The notes: generated from the letters alone by a model not told the origin. 64,000 bases of DNA from Octopus sinensis (GCF_006345805.1 NC_042999.1:61008001-61072000), one strand, 5' to 3'; numbered from the stretch's first letter, positions 40,901-53,629 are shown. Program-made: numbers and translations.

Positions 40901-41316
40901 TTTCTTTACTGCCCACAAGGGGCTACACACAGAGGGGGACAAGCAAGGACAAACAAACGGATTCAGTTGATTACATCGACCCCAGTGCGTAAATGGTACT
41001 TAATTTATCGACCCCGAAATGATGAAAGGCAAAGTCGACCTCGGCGGAATTTGAACCCAGAACGTAGCGGCAGACGAAATACCTATTTCTTTACTGCCCA
41101 CAAGAGGCTAAACACAGAGAGGACAAACAAGGACAGACAAACGGATTAAATCGATTATATCGACTCCAGTGCGTAACTGGTACTTATTTAATCGATCCCG
41201 AAAGGATGAAAGGCAAAGTCAACCTCGGCGGAATTTGAACTCAGAACGTAACGCCAGAGCAAAAACCGCTAAGCATTTCGCCCGGTGTGCTTACTATTTC
41301 TGCCAGCTCGCCGCCT
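40901..41316 (-). mobile_element. Two SINE family B copies in tandem (40901-41083 headless; 41084-41316 full)
   Basis: TTTCTTTACTGCCCACAAG...CGGCGGAATTTGAAC occurs twice; a further decayed copy follows at about 41400-41550. Confidence 0.88.
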
Positions 41317-42347
41317 TCTCTTCGTTTTCTTCAGGAAAAAAAAACTGTTACATGTATACATTGATTTCAAATTTTGGTACTAGGCCAACTATTTCAGGAA
41401 GAGGATAAATCGATTGCATGAACCCGTGATCAACTGGTACTTATTTTATCGAGATCCCATAGGACGAAACGCAAATATCGATGCCGAACGTAAAGTTGGA
41501 CGATACTCTACTGAGCATTTTGTCAGGCGCGGTGACGATTCTAATATCTTCCCTCCTTATAAGACACGTATATATTGCTGTACCAAGGAGGGAAGAACTG
41601 TGTCCCTATGCATTGCAGATCTTCTAATACCAGAGGGCAAATAATGAATTGTGTTATTTAAAGACATTTTGGCTTGGTATAGGGAGATTTGGCTACTATT
41701 TCTGGAATTAAAACTAACCACGTAGAAGTGACTTCGTTTGTTCATTTGAGAACAGTGACAAGTTATTTGTTTCTGCTTGCAGTCATTATGTGGATAGAAG
41801 AGAATACTCACGATCTTGACACAGCTGGAATAAATTAAGCTAATAAGCTTTCAACTGAAAAGAAACGAGGAAACATGTGGCGCTCCGGAGCTCAAGGAGT
41901 TGACGACATGACAACGTCACAATTGAGCTGCATCTATGAAAACCATGTTCGTGGTGAGGAGGAATTCCTTTGAATTCTCACAGATAAATTTATGATGTTG
42001 CATTAGCGGGTTACAAATCACACATGCGCACATACACACACATACAAACACACACATATGTACACATACACACATACACATATACACACATAGAGATATA
42101 TGTAGATACATATATCACTATGTGTGTGTGTGTATGAAAGAGCGAGAGAGAGAGAGAAAGAGAAAGGGGGAGAGATGTGTATAAAGGAGAGAAAAATCTG
42201 TTTACGTGCGTAAACTGAACAAAGGCGACATAATTATATTGAGAAATAATTAAAAAAAAAACAATCTCTGACAGATTTGTAAACCTGAACTTAGTAAGAT
42301 GACAGTAGTATTGTGTGTGTATGTGTGTGTGTGTGAGTTTATAAATG

Positions 42348-42397
<50 letters not shown>

Positions 42398-42524
42398 CGG
42401 CCGCGGTCTACGAACTTAAACGAATAACAAATTAAATATATATATAATTTATATATATATATATAAATATATATGTATATATATATATATATATATATAC
42501 ATATATACTTATATATATATATAT

Positions 42525-42576
<52 letters not shown>

Positions 42577-42610
42577 TGTATGCATATATATATATATACA
42601 TGCACGCCCG

Positions 42611-42642
<32 letters not shown>

Positions 42643-42724
42643 GTATCTATGTATCTATGTATCTATGTAAACATATATACATTTACATAGACACACACAG
42701 ACACACACTTATTTATGTAATATA

Positions 42725-43080
42725 ATGTAAATGCAAGAGGGCTCCTTCGGTCATGAAGGACTATTGTATTACACCAAGAAAGTTCCCCTCCGAGGCACAA
42801 GTCCTGGCAAGATTGTTTATTGAGGGCCGTCATTTCGTACCACCCTAACCCTCCCCTCCCCTCCCCTCTACGTGCCACTGATTTTATTTAAGGGAAAGGC
42901 AAAGGCCGTTACACCTTGACACAAATGACGTCACAACTTATTTCTACTGTTGAGTGAACTGGAGCAACGTGAAATAAAGTGTCTTGCTCAAGAACACAAT
43001 ACACTGCTCTGTCCAGGATTCGAACTCACAACTATATGATTGTCAGCCCGACGTTCTAACCACTAACTCATGTGCCTTCG
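42725..43080 (-). mobile_element. tRNA-headed SINE family D
   Basis: Reverse complement GAAGGCACATGAGTTAGTGGTTAG...GAGTTCGAATCC...TGTGTTCTTGAGCAAGACACTTTATTTCACGTTGC; related copies at 43262-43600 (+) and 58200-58450 (-). Confidence 0.7.
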
Positions 43081-43261
43081 AAGAAACATATAAAATATAG
43101 CAGTGTTGTAGGGTGGCAGTCTAATTTGGAGGTAATGATAAATGCCTTAGTCACCGTACGAGTCGTTTTGTTCAGATTTCTGAACAAGGACAGTCAACAT
43201 CGACCAACCACAGGCAGCCGAAGAAAATATATTTTATTATATTATAATACATTATATTATC

Positions 43262-43600
43262 TTAGTGAAAGTGTGTGGTTCAGTAGTTAGAGTGTCAGCC
43301 TTACAGTCAGGAGGTTATGAGTTCGATTCACGGATTGGACTGCGTGTTGTGTTATTGAGCAGAACACTTTATTTCACGTTGCACCAATTCATTCAGCTCT
43401 ACAAATCAGTTACGCGTCACTGGTGTCAAGTTGTGTCGACCTTTGCCTTGCACATGGATAACATTGGTGGCGTGGAGAGTGCAGGATGGTATTCATGGGC
43501 GACTGCTGGTCTCGCATAAACAAACTTTCCCGGATTTATGACTCGGAGTGTATCTTTCTAGATGCATTCCCATTGCATTCATGACCAAAGGGAATCTTTT
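43262..43600 (+). mobile_element. SINE family D
   Basis: GTGGTTCAGTAGTTAG...GAGTTCGATTC...TTGAGCAGAACACTTTATTTCACGTTGC, with tail CATTCATGACCAAAGGG. Confidence 0.7.
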
Positions 43601-45536
43601 GTACATTATCTCATATTAACCAAAAATATGTGTATGTGCACGCGTGCAGAGGAAATACTCTTGTGACCTCAATCATCGGCCCCATCTTGCTAATAAACTA
43701 AGTAAAGGCACGAGAGAAAGAAAGAGAATTCAAAATGCATCAGAACAACGAGCAAATGGTGTAAGAGTTAAAGCTAATATTCAACAAAGCTGCAAGGAAG
43801 GAACTGATAATAAATCAACGTTTCACGTAGGGATATCCTTTGTCATGAACAAAGGAAAGAGAAAACAAAATGATTTTAAGTAATGTATGTGTGTGTGTCT
43901 GTGTGTCTGTATGTAAGTCTGTCTGTGTATAAAAGCGATGCACATTTAAGTGAAATCAGGAAGGTGAATGGCAGAATGGAAGATAGCAGGGCGGAAATGA
44001 GCCAAATATTGTTTTTCAGGTCTAATGTGAGGGATGAGGGCGATAAACAAAACAAGGTGCAAGGGAGCGCGTGAGCATGCTGCGTATGTGTGTAGGGAAA
44101 TGCGTGTTGGCTTGTTGGGAGGGTGAATGACTGTGTGTCGTACAATAAGAATCTGGATGTAGAGTGTTGCCATATGAGTAATATGAACAGAAACCATAAT
44201 AGTGTGTGGTTATTCATGCGTTGTACAGGGGTAGTAGAAGTGTTAGTCGGTAGGGGAATGCATATCAGCAAAATGTGAACGGGTTTATGTTTTCTTGGTA
44301 AGATGGGAGAGAGGCCCATGCATTGTTTTTAGAGGAAGTCAACTCGGTTATTAATCCCAGCTGGATTAACAGTATTTAAATAGAAAAAAATAATTGTTGT
44401 TCACAATGGAAGCAGGAGATAAGTTTGTGCTCGCGTGTGTGTGTATGTGTTTCAGTGCGTGTGTATGTATGTATGTACGTGTATGTGTTTATGTGTGATA
44501 GTGAATATAGAAAATATAGCTGAATACAGTATCAATCGACTACGTTTAATAATTGCCGCTTGCATCTTTATTTGTTAATGTGATTGACTATTTCCGTGTA
44601 AAGATTATTGTGTCTACAGAGAAGTTATTATTCAAGGATATTAAATATTATTCATAATTTCACATAATGCAGCACTGTAGACGCAATGAATTGTAATGTA
44701 TATATGCAAAAATGGCGGGCGTGTGTGTATGCATGTATGCATGCATATGTTAAGCACAATAATACAGAAAGGAAAAGGGGAAAATTGGAGAGAAATAAAG
44801 ATAGAAATTGTATATCTGTAAATCAGGGTAGTTTTCAAATTTAACTAAGTTGGCTTAAATACAAGATAGGTATACCCATTAATGAAATTCTTTTCTGTCG
44901 TTTCTATATACACAAGATATTAGAAGATTAAGACTTGTAATCTAATTTCTTTACTCCCAAGTGTCTTTGATTAAACATACTTCAATATCAACTTTCAAAA
45001 TGCGATTGAAATAGATGTTAGGTTTCAAAAGCGATATAACTATCATATGGTTTCTTTCGCGAATTGAAATATGCTGTTTTATATTTTTATTATTAATAGT
45101 TATCGCCAAGCTAACATGGCGGTCCAGAAAAATAGGACGAAGGCTGCCATATTAGCTTGACGATGACCATTAATATCCAGTACCGCTGCCGTAGTCTCCT
45201 TAGAATTAGAAATAATGATATTTCTATTTTAGTTTTATTATTTTCCTGGTTTAATTTATTGGACTGCGATAAAAGTCAATCACATTGATCTTTGTATTTA
45301 TTTCAGTACAACTTATATTTTGACATCGAGAGATAGATAAGGACACACATCTTTAAGTCAGTATGCAGAAATACGGACATTGAGACACATGCCCGTGCAC
45401 AGACGTGCATAAACATACACATACATAGGCAAGAAACGTCGAAGGCTTCTAGTTTTCTTAAGTATCAACCTTTGTTCTTTTAACTCATCTTCGTTGATTT
45501 TTTATCGTTTTTCCTTGTCCCAAATAACTATATCCT

Positions 45537-46440
45537 AGATCGGATATAGTTTCTTGGGACCAACGAAAATAGGATGTACCAACACAGAGGACAGATGTCC
45601 TGCTAATGTGAATATCTCTACGAAAATCAAAGAGGAAAAGTATCACTACGGACAACTGCTTTCAGTTATTCACCTTCTGTACCCAGATTATAAATTCACA
45701 TGTATACCAATAATACCTGGCGTCCTCGTTTTTGTTGCAAAGTCCTTTCGTGACAATCAGGAAATTAAGTACATCGGAAATTAGGTACATCAGATCTGAT
45801 ATAAGGATTTGGGATGGAGAAGAGAAGCTGCGCACAGTTGTGGAAATTAGCTACTCAGCGGATGTTAACATAAATGAGTGAAAAGAGAACACCTATGCTG
45901 AACTATTAAGAAATCTGCAGGTACTCTATCCAGATTACAAGTTCAGGTTTATAACTGTGAATATTGGGGCCCTGGGATATGTAACACACTGGCTAAATAC
46001 CAATCTTGAGAAATTACGCTTCACAAAACCAGAAAAGAGAAAGCTATTTCGAAGGCTACATAACCAGTCCATCACTGGAACTGTAAAAGTTTGTAAAACT
46101 TTCCAGAAGTTTATCATTTAAATATATAAGAGCATGTCTAGATATGTAACTATATGCATGAGAATACATACATTAAACATACATACATAAATACAATATA
46201 TACCCTGCTGCTGATGTTGAAATTCCAATAAGGAACCTTGGATCTAGGTTACAAACCGATTCTTTCTCTATTGGCAAGAATAATGACATACATACATAAA
46301 ATTATGCATAAATAAATACATGCATACATATATGGAAATTCATGATGTTGTAATTCCAATAAAAGAACCTTGGGTCTTAATTAGAAACCAAATCTTTCTC
46401 TATTAGCAAGAAATATTGAAATAAATTGCATGATGACGTA
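45537..46440 (+). mobile_element. Two stacked 3' fragments of R4/Dong-like RLE LINEs with (CATA)n tail
   Basis: Fragment 1: RSDIVSWD..CPANVNISTKIKEEK..YGQLL..LLYPDYKF..IPII.G. Fragment 2 (45792-46121): RSDIRIWDGEEKLRTVVEISYSADVNI..KENTYAELLRNLQVLYPDYKFRFITVNIGALGYV...GTVKVCKTFQKFII*. Two 3'-UTR units follow, then (CATA)n. Confidence 0.8.
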
Positions 46441-46853
46441 CATATATACATAAATACATACATACATACGTACATACAGGCATAAATACATACATACATA
46501 CGTACGTACATACATACATACATACATACATACAAACATGCATACATACATACATACATACATACATACATACATACATACATACATACATACATGCATA
46601 CATACATATATACATACATACATACATACATACATACATACATCGATACATACATACATTCAAGGTGCCGATGAACATGTTCGAATCCTGATTATGCCCT
46701 TCTAAATTCATCCTTTCGAACTCTCCATTAACGTAAATATTACAGTCATATTCACTGAAGAACACTGGAAGTCGGAGTCGGTAAACGCCGGATATAGACA
46801 GATATAGATAGACAGACATGCAGGCAGGCAGGCAAACAGGCATACAGACAGAC

Positions 46854-46884
<31 letters not shown>

Positions 46885-46900
46885 GACATACATACATAGG

Positions 46901-46962
<62 letters not shown>

Positions 46963-47220
46963 CATAGATACATAGATAGATACATAGGTAGGTAGGTCGG
47001 TAGGTAGGAACGTACGAACTTAAGTAGATAGAGACAGATATAGATATCAATATATATGTATATATACATTCATCTCTGTATATATAAACATGCATCCATA
47101 TATGTGTATGTGTGGGTTTGTGTGAGTGGACACACACACACATATATATAATATATATATATATATATACATATTCAGGTATATGCATCCACATTCATAT
47201 ATGTATATATATATATATAT
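46440..47220. repeat. (CATA)n/(GATA)n/(TA)n microsatellite block with a ~150-bp unique insert (about 46640-46790)
   Basis: Directly visible. Confidence 0.9.
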
Positions 47221-48495
47221 GGCTCAAATGTGGATGTAATATATCTTGACTTTGCAAAAGCCTTTGATAAAGTCGACCATGGTATGATCTGTCACAAACT
47301 GCGTGGTCTCGGCATAGGCGGGAAACTTGGAGAGTGGCTGCACAACTTCCTAAAAGACAGAAAACAGGCAGTTGTGAGCAATGGAGCCACCTCCAGGGAA
47401 ACGCAAATAACAAGCGGTGTCCCACAGGGCACTGTCTTGGGGCCACTGATGTTCATAGTGGCCCTTTCAGACATGCCTTCAGTTGCTGCGATGACCACCC
47501 TTGCTGGCTATGCAGATGACGCAAAGGTCTCCCACGCAATACAAAACCCTGAAAATATTGCGCATCTGCAACATGAGCTGGACACAATATACAGGTGGGC
47601 TGAGGACAACAACATGCAGTTTAATGCAGGTAAGTTCCAGGCCCTGCGCTACTGGCACACAAAGGTAAATGACGTGACGACTGGATACACTGGCCCAGGA
47701 AGAATTGCAATCCCTGAGTCAAAATCAGTGCGTGACCTGGGCATTGACATGAGCAATGATGCATCTTTCCAAATGCATATTGCTAATCTGGTGATAAAAT
47801 GCAGACGGCTAGCTGGATGGATTCTCCGAACTTTCAGAACAAGAGAGAAGGAGACACTGATGGTCCTATGGAAAACATTTGTCCTCAGCCGCTTGGACTA
47901 CTGCTCCCAACTTTGGTCACCACACAATATAAAACAAACAGCAGAACTCGAAGCAACTCAGAGGAGCTACACAAAGAAAATCGTCTCAATGCAAAATGTC
48001 AGCTACTGGGAAAGACTGAAGGTATTAAACCTCTTCTCCCTGGAGCGGAGGCGGGAGAGATATGCAGTGATATACATCTGGAAAATCCTGGAGGGTCTTG
48101 TCCCAAACTTTGGCATTCAAAGTTACTCCAACCGCAGAACGGGGCGCTGCGTGGTGCCAAGGATTCCAACATCACCATCAAAATACAGGTCCAGATACTG
48201 CAAAAGCTTGGGTTTCAGAGGACCACAGCTCTTTAACATCCTCCCTAAATGCCTGAGAGACTTACATGGTGTGGATGTGGGTTTCTTTAAAACTAAACTG
48301 GATCTCTTCTTGTTGGGAGTCCCAGATGAACCTACCTCACGACAGGAGACACGGATGCGGGCAGCAGCATCGAACTCCCTTGTTGATCAAGTGCCACGTA
48401 TCAGAGGTGGATTCACAAACTAGTGTAGCTCATTCAGCGGTGGTGCCCCAGCATGGCCGCGGCCTTCGGGCTAAAACATTTTTAAGGATTTAAGG

Positions 48496-48500
<5 letters not shown>
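47221..48500 (+). mobile_element. 5'-truncated CR1-group LINE, young
   Basis: Open RT frame to stop at 48423, short 3' UTR with hairpin, tail (TTTAAGGA)n, flanked by (TA)n. Confidence 0.92.
47230..48423 (+). CDS. CR1-group LINE reverse transcriptase, C-terminal part (uninterrupted 397 aa)
   Basis: Motifs YLDFAKAFDKVDH, SGVPQGTVLGPLMF, YADDAK, RDLG, LDYCSQLWSPH, LFSLERRRER. Confidence 0.9.
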   Translation: MDVIYLDFAKAFDKVDHGMICHKLRGLGIGGKLGEWLHNFLKDRKQAVVSNGATSRETQITSGVPQGTVLGPLMFIVALSDMPSVAAMTTLAGYADDAKVSHAIQNPENIAHLQHELDTIYRWAEDNNMQFNAGKFQALRYWHTKVNDVTTGYTGPGRIAIPESKSVRDLGIDMSNDASFQMHIANLVIKCRRLAGWILRTFRTREKETLMVLWKTFVLSRLDYCSQLWSPHNIKQTAELEATQRSYTKKIVSMQNVSYWERLKVLNLFSLERRRERYAVIYIWKILEGLVPNFGIQSYSNRRTGRCVVPRIPTSPSKYRSRYCKSLGFRGPQLFNILPKCLRDLHGVDVGFFKTKLDLFLLGVPDEPTSRQETRMRAAASNSLVDQVPRIRGGFTN

Positions 48501-48556
<56 letters not shown>

Positions 48557-49766
48557 CATACACGCATATTCATACTTACAAATATTTATTCATTTTTTAT
48601 TATGTGTGTGTGTGTGTTTGTGCCTCTGTGTGTGTATCTATGCATGTATGTATGTGTGTATGTATACGTATCTATGTATGTACATGTACACTCCTTTCAG
48701 AATACGTTTTCAAGATTTTCTTCGACTAAGGAATGGTTCGCCAATGCCTTGATCTGCCAATCATAAATATTCTTGAATGATGTCAGAAGGCAAATAAGTA
48801 AGAAATATTTGGGTTATTTTGGTGCACTCTAAATTAGACAGTTACATCCTGTTTTTTTTTCTCTCTCTCTCTCTTTATGGAAAACGAAAAATGAAGCGAT
48901 AGTTATTGATGAAAAAATTATTACTCTCATGTCAAGAATAAAAGATGAAAACACCTATCAAATAAAACCGATTTGGAAAAGATGCCACAATATATGTTCT
49001 CTTCTGTAAACATAAAGTAAATGGATTAGATGTCATATGGATTCCAATAGAAGTTCCAAATAATGAACTCTGACTCGTGATTCATGGTAACTTACAAGGG
49101 AAAAACAACTCTTAGTAATATATATTTTAGAGGGAGGTAGGTCTGCAATGAATTTCATTATTTCTTTGACGTCTGGACATATTCTGACATTGCTATATTT
49201 CTTTAATAAATGTACTCACGATATATTCTAGTTGTTCACTTATTCAATTGAGGCACATTTATACTAATGTATTGGTTTAGTAATATTTTTGTAACAAGTT
49301 TTCTAAGTATATTTCCCCCATCGTACCAGGTCCCTATTCTGATATTCTGCACTTATATATTAAAGAGAACTTAATGTTGTTATGCAACACACTTTCTTAT
49401 TAACAGCATTACATTGACGTCTTTATATTAATTCAAGGTTAACATCCGAAATGCAATATTGAAGAAATTAAGCAAGCAAAACGATGTAAATAATCCTATA
49501 TGACTTTTAGCATATGAAAAACATAAGAATAAAAAAGAGTTTTTGTCTTTGATGACGCCTTAAATTTCCTTCAGTCATACAGAATTTTTTCTCTGCTCAG
49601 TTAAGGACTGTTGCCCTCGCCCGTCCTCTCTCACTCCAACTATTCCCTCCGTCCTCTCTCTCCTACTCACTCATATTTTTCTGTTATATCCTTTTTACTG
49701 TCACTCTTTTCATGTATGTATCTGTATATATATATATATATATATACAATATGTTACATTACTCGG

Positions 49767-49840
49767 TAGTCAAGATAAAACTCTGAGTTTCAGATGCCGA
49801 AGTGGAAATCCACAACACCATCTCTTCGGTTATCTGGCTA
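49767..49840 (-). ncRNA. Hammerhead-like fold (mirror copy of 53286-53359)
   Basis: Reverse complement of the + strand copy in the inverted arm. Confidence 0.62.
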
Positions 49841-50029
49841 TTTGAAAACGTTATGAAAAAATACCGTTAAAAATGAAGGGAAATTACTCTGTTATAACTC
49901 TGCTTTGCCTGCGTACTTATACATCGCTCGCATTTTTCGTCATAAAAATTATATAAAAATACATAAAAATATATAAAAATATATAAAAATATATAAAATC
50001 TTCTTGGGACATAACACAGAAAGCATGTT

Positions 50030-50662
50030 CTATCCGTTTTCTTTAGGGGGCCAAAAACGTAACAGAAATTTAGTCACATGTGGGCATGATCCGAAAAGCT
50101 CTGTCCTTGTATTTAGACATGTGGTAGGGTCTAAGCTGCTTTTCCAGATAAGCCATCTCTCCATGTCGCATAAACCGCACCTTCCGCTGCCGTTAGTGTA
50201 GGACTTACATCTGGCCAAAATCTTCCATTGTATGTTATAATCGACACCTTTATCTCTTAAAGACCAAATATGATTGGATAATTGTGTCGCTTTTCTTTTG
50301 TTCCAGTGCCTAAAGCTCAAAGTGTGGTTATTGAACCTGGCCTTGAAATTACCCTCTGTCAGGCCCACGTATTTCTTTGTCGAAACGGTGTCTTTAGTGG
50401 TTATAGAGTTTACGGTAGCTTCATATATGATGGTCTTGGACATGCAAGCTCCATTTAGCGGGCACAATTCTTTATTCCTGCATGAACAGCTGTTTTCTTC
50501 TTGTGTTTTTTGTATGTTATGATTGATTATGTTTTTAAAATTGGTAGTTGAACTAAAACTAATTTTTAAATTGTGTCTATTGAAGAGTTTCCTATAAGCA
50601 TGGTTAACTGGAAAATGTCTATCTATCAGTGCTAGGAAATATTTACCTATATTGAAGGCCAC
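50030..50662 (-). pseudogene. PLE GIY-YIG endonuclease region (inverted arm)
   Basis: Same protein as 52464..53096 except for three amino-acid differences visible in the ORF track. Confidence 0.9.
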
Positions 50663-51177
50663 CTCGGGTGAGTAATGGGGCGTAATCCAGACGACCTTCC
50701 TATTTCTATTATTCCTTTTCCTTACTGTTGGGCTGGTGATAGGTGTATATTTTATTTTTTCGCTAAAACCACTATCTTTTAAAGCTTTATTATAAACTGG
50801 GGCAACGCTATTGAAGATGTCCTCATTAGATGAGAGGCTAGAAATCCTCTTACTAATATTTTAACTAAATTTTTGAATACTATAGGGGGATGGCATGAAC
50901 CTACATTAATATAACTTAGTCTATCATTGGGCTTCCTATAAGGCTTATAAATATTATTATTAAGATCTAAGGAAACGTCTAAGAAATTGACAACCGTCAG
51001 GTTAGTGTCTATAGTTATACTAAGTCCGAAGTGTATCATTAACTGGATAATATCCTTCCTAAAACGATCTTGTGCTGGTCCATTTGTATTAGCTGTTAAG
51101 GCGAGGGCATCATCTTTGTAGATGGCGAAATGTACGTTAGGGAATGTCTTACCGAAGGTATCTAGGAGAAAGAGTCC

Positions 51178-53096
51178 TAGATTTCGAAGCGGACCTGCTG
51201 AAGATCATGAGCAAAATAAAGTTTCGTAAGTCTTTTAACAATTTCCAACATAAATTGAAAAAAGATATTGATCATATAAAAAGCTCCAAGAAAAAAGCAC
51301 TTTTTTCGGATAAAACCAAGAACTTATACCTGGTAGATAACAGCAAATACACACAACTCTTACACAACAGCATTACTAATAATTATACTAAGGCTAGGGC
51401 ACAGACATATAACGAAATTAATAAAGAAGATAGCGTCATCGCCGCTAAACTTAAATTAGATAAAAAAAATAGAAACCCTCCCCCAAAAAGAGGCCTTTAT
51501 TACTATTAAAGATCACAAAGAAAACTTCCTTTCCAACCCTAAATGTAGGCTTATCAACCCAGCCAAGTCAGAACTAGGGATTATTAGCAAAGAAATTTTA
51601 GATAAAATAAATACGAAAATTAAGACCGATACTAGGCTAGTGCAATGGTCCAATAGTATAGAAGTCGTAGACTGGTTTAAAGCTATTAAGAATAAGAAAA
51701 AAGCGAGGTTTACACAATTCGATATTGTTGATTTTTATGCCTCTATCTCTAAAGAACTGCTAGATAAAGCCCTAATCTTCGCTAGTGACTTCATAGAAAT
51801 TAGTACCAATGATAAGGATATAATCTTCCATGCTAGAAAGACATTACTTTTCAGTGAGAATGCAAAGTGGGTAAAAAACACCGACACGGAGGGCGCTTTC
51901 GATGTGAGCATGGGTTCATATGATGGGGCAGGCATCTGTGATCTAATTGGACTCTTTCTCCTAGATACCTTCGGTAAGACATTCCCTAACGTACATTTCG
52001 CCATCTACAAAGATGATGCCCTCGCCTTAACAGCTAATACAAATGGACCAGCACAAGATCGTTTTAGGAAGGATATTATCCAGTTAATGATACACTTCGG
52101 ACTTAGTATAACTATAGACACTAACCTGACGGTTGTCAATTTCTTAGACGTTTCCTTAGATCTTAATAATAATATTTATAAGCCTTATAGGAAGCCCAAT
52201 GATAGACTAAGTTATATTAATGTAGGTTCATGCCATCCCCCTATAGTATTCAAAAATTTAGTTAAAATATTAGTAAGAGGATTTCTAGCCTCTCATCTAA
52301 TGAGGACATCTTCAATAGCGTTGCCCCAGTTTATAATAAAGCTTTAAAAGATAGTGGTTTTAGCGAAAAAATAAAATATACACCTATCACCAGCCCAACA
52401 GTAAGGAAAAGGAATAATAGAAATAGGAAGGTCGTCTGGATTACGCCCCCTTACTCACCCGAGGTGGCCTTCAATATAGGTAAATATTTCCTAGCACTGA
52501 TAGATAGACATTTTCCAGTTAACCATACTTATAGGAAACTCTTCAATAGACACAATTTAAAAATTAGTTTTAGTTCAACTACCAATTTTAAAAACATAAT
52601 CAATCATAACATACAAAAAACACAAGAAGAAAACAGCTGTTCATGCAGGAATAAAGAATTGTGCCCGCTAAATGGAGCTTGCATGTCCAAGACCATCATA
52701 TATGAAGCTACCGTAAACTCTATAACCACTAAAGACACCGTTTCGACGAAGAAATACGTGGGCCTGACAGAGGGTAATTTCAAGGCCAGGTTCAATAACC
52801 ACACTTTGAGCTTTAGGCACTGGAACAAAAGAAAAGCGACACAATTATCCAATCATATTTGGTCTTTAAGAGATAAAGGTGTCGATTATAACATACAATG
52901 GAAGATTTTGGCCAGATGTAAGCCCTACACTAACGGCAGCGGAAGGTGCGGTTTATGCGACATGGAGAGATGGCTTATCTGGAAAAGCAGCTTAGACCCT
53001 ACCACATGTCTAAATACAAGGACAGAGCTTTTCGGATCATGCCCACATGTGACTAAATTTCTGTTACGTTTTTGGTCCCCTAAAGAAAACGGATAG
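51178..53096 (+). pseudogene. PLE RT/GIY-YIG polyprotein broken by two homopolymer frameshifts
   Basis: One continuous frame is restored by removing one A in the run at 51462-51469 (LDK-IETLPQKEAFITIKDHK) and adding one A at 52264-52267 (LVK-NISKRIS). No internal stops otherwise. Confidence 0.85.
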
Positions 53097-53285
53097 AACA
53101 TGCTTTCTGTGTTATGTCCCAAGAAGATTTTATATATTTTTATATATTTTTATATATTTTTATGTATTTTTATATAATTTTTATGACGAAAAATGCGAGC
53201 GATGTATAAGTACGCAGGCAAAGCAGAGTTATAACAGAGTAATTTCCCTTCATTTTTAACGGTATTTTTTCATAACGTTTTCAAA

Positions 53286-53359
53286 TAGCCAGATAACCGA
53301 AGAGATGGTGTTGTGGATTTCCACTTCGGCATCTGAAACTCAGAGTTTTATCTTGACTA
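53286..53359 (+). ncRNA. Type I hammerhead-like fold in the PLE terminal repeat (variant core)
   Basis: Stem I AGAUAA(53291-96)/UUAUCU(53348-53); core CCGAAGA (53297-53303); long stem II GAUG...GUGG-AUUU-CCAC...CAUC plus one extra U; GAA; palindromic stem III ACUC-A-GAGU; cleavage triplet GUU (53345-47). Confidence 0.62.
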
Positions 53360-53451
53360 CCGAGTAATGTAACATATTGTATAGATAAATTTCCTCTATT
53401 TACATAATATTGAGGTCTCTTTCTTTCTTTTGTTATCTTACCGTTTTATCA

Positions 53452-53488
<37 letters not shown>

Positions 53489-53578
53489 ATATGTAGGTCC
53501 CGGGTTGATTCGGGGTCAACCACAGTAAATAAGGTACTCAATACATATCAGAGTAAAATTAATTTATTATATAGAAGG

Positions 53579-53629
53579 AGCTTCTACAGGACTAGAACTG
53601 TTTCATTCAAGAGAAATCATCAGGAAGCT
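53579..53629 (-). ncRNA. Type I hammerhead ribozyme (putative, mirror copy)
   Basis: Identical sequence on the - strand because of the perfect palindrome. Confidence 0.78.

Larger units (their letters stand above)
49743..51177 (-). mobile_element. Inverted duplicate of the 3' 1435 bp of the Penelope-like element
   Basis: Reverse complement of 51949-53383 (both 1435 bp); contains mirror ORFs 50030..50662 and 50779..51039 and a mirror hammerhead. Confidence 0.95.
51178..53450 (+). mobile_element. 5'-truncated Penelope-like retroelement, Naiad-like (RT + C-terminal GIY-YIG + terminal repeat)
   Basis: RT motifs KDHK, FDIVDFYASI, MGSYDGAGICDLIG, YKDDAL; linker WITPPYS..NIGKYFL.LIDRHFP and CSC....CPLNG.C; GIY-YIG IIYEATV..KYVGLTEGNFKARFNNH; terminal CGLC..E..LNTRTEL...CPH. 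This motif set is characteristic of the Naiad PLE clade. Confidence 0.9.

Noticed and set aside
43876-44319. Possible decayed PLE GIY-YIG region on the - strand
   Set aside because: Only vague resemblance; the catalytic motifs are not readable.
51178-53096. Selenoprotein-type Naiad (in-frame UGA recoding, reported for some Naiads)
   Set aside because: The reconstructed reading frame has no in-frame TGA in the part present and ends at TAG; the missing 5' region cannot be assessed.
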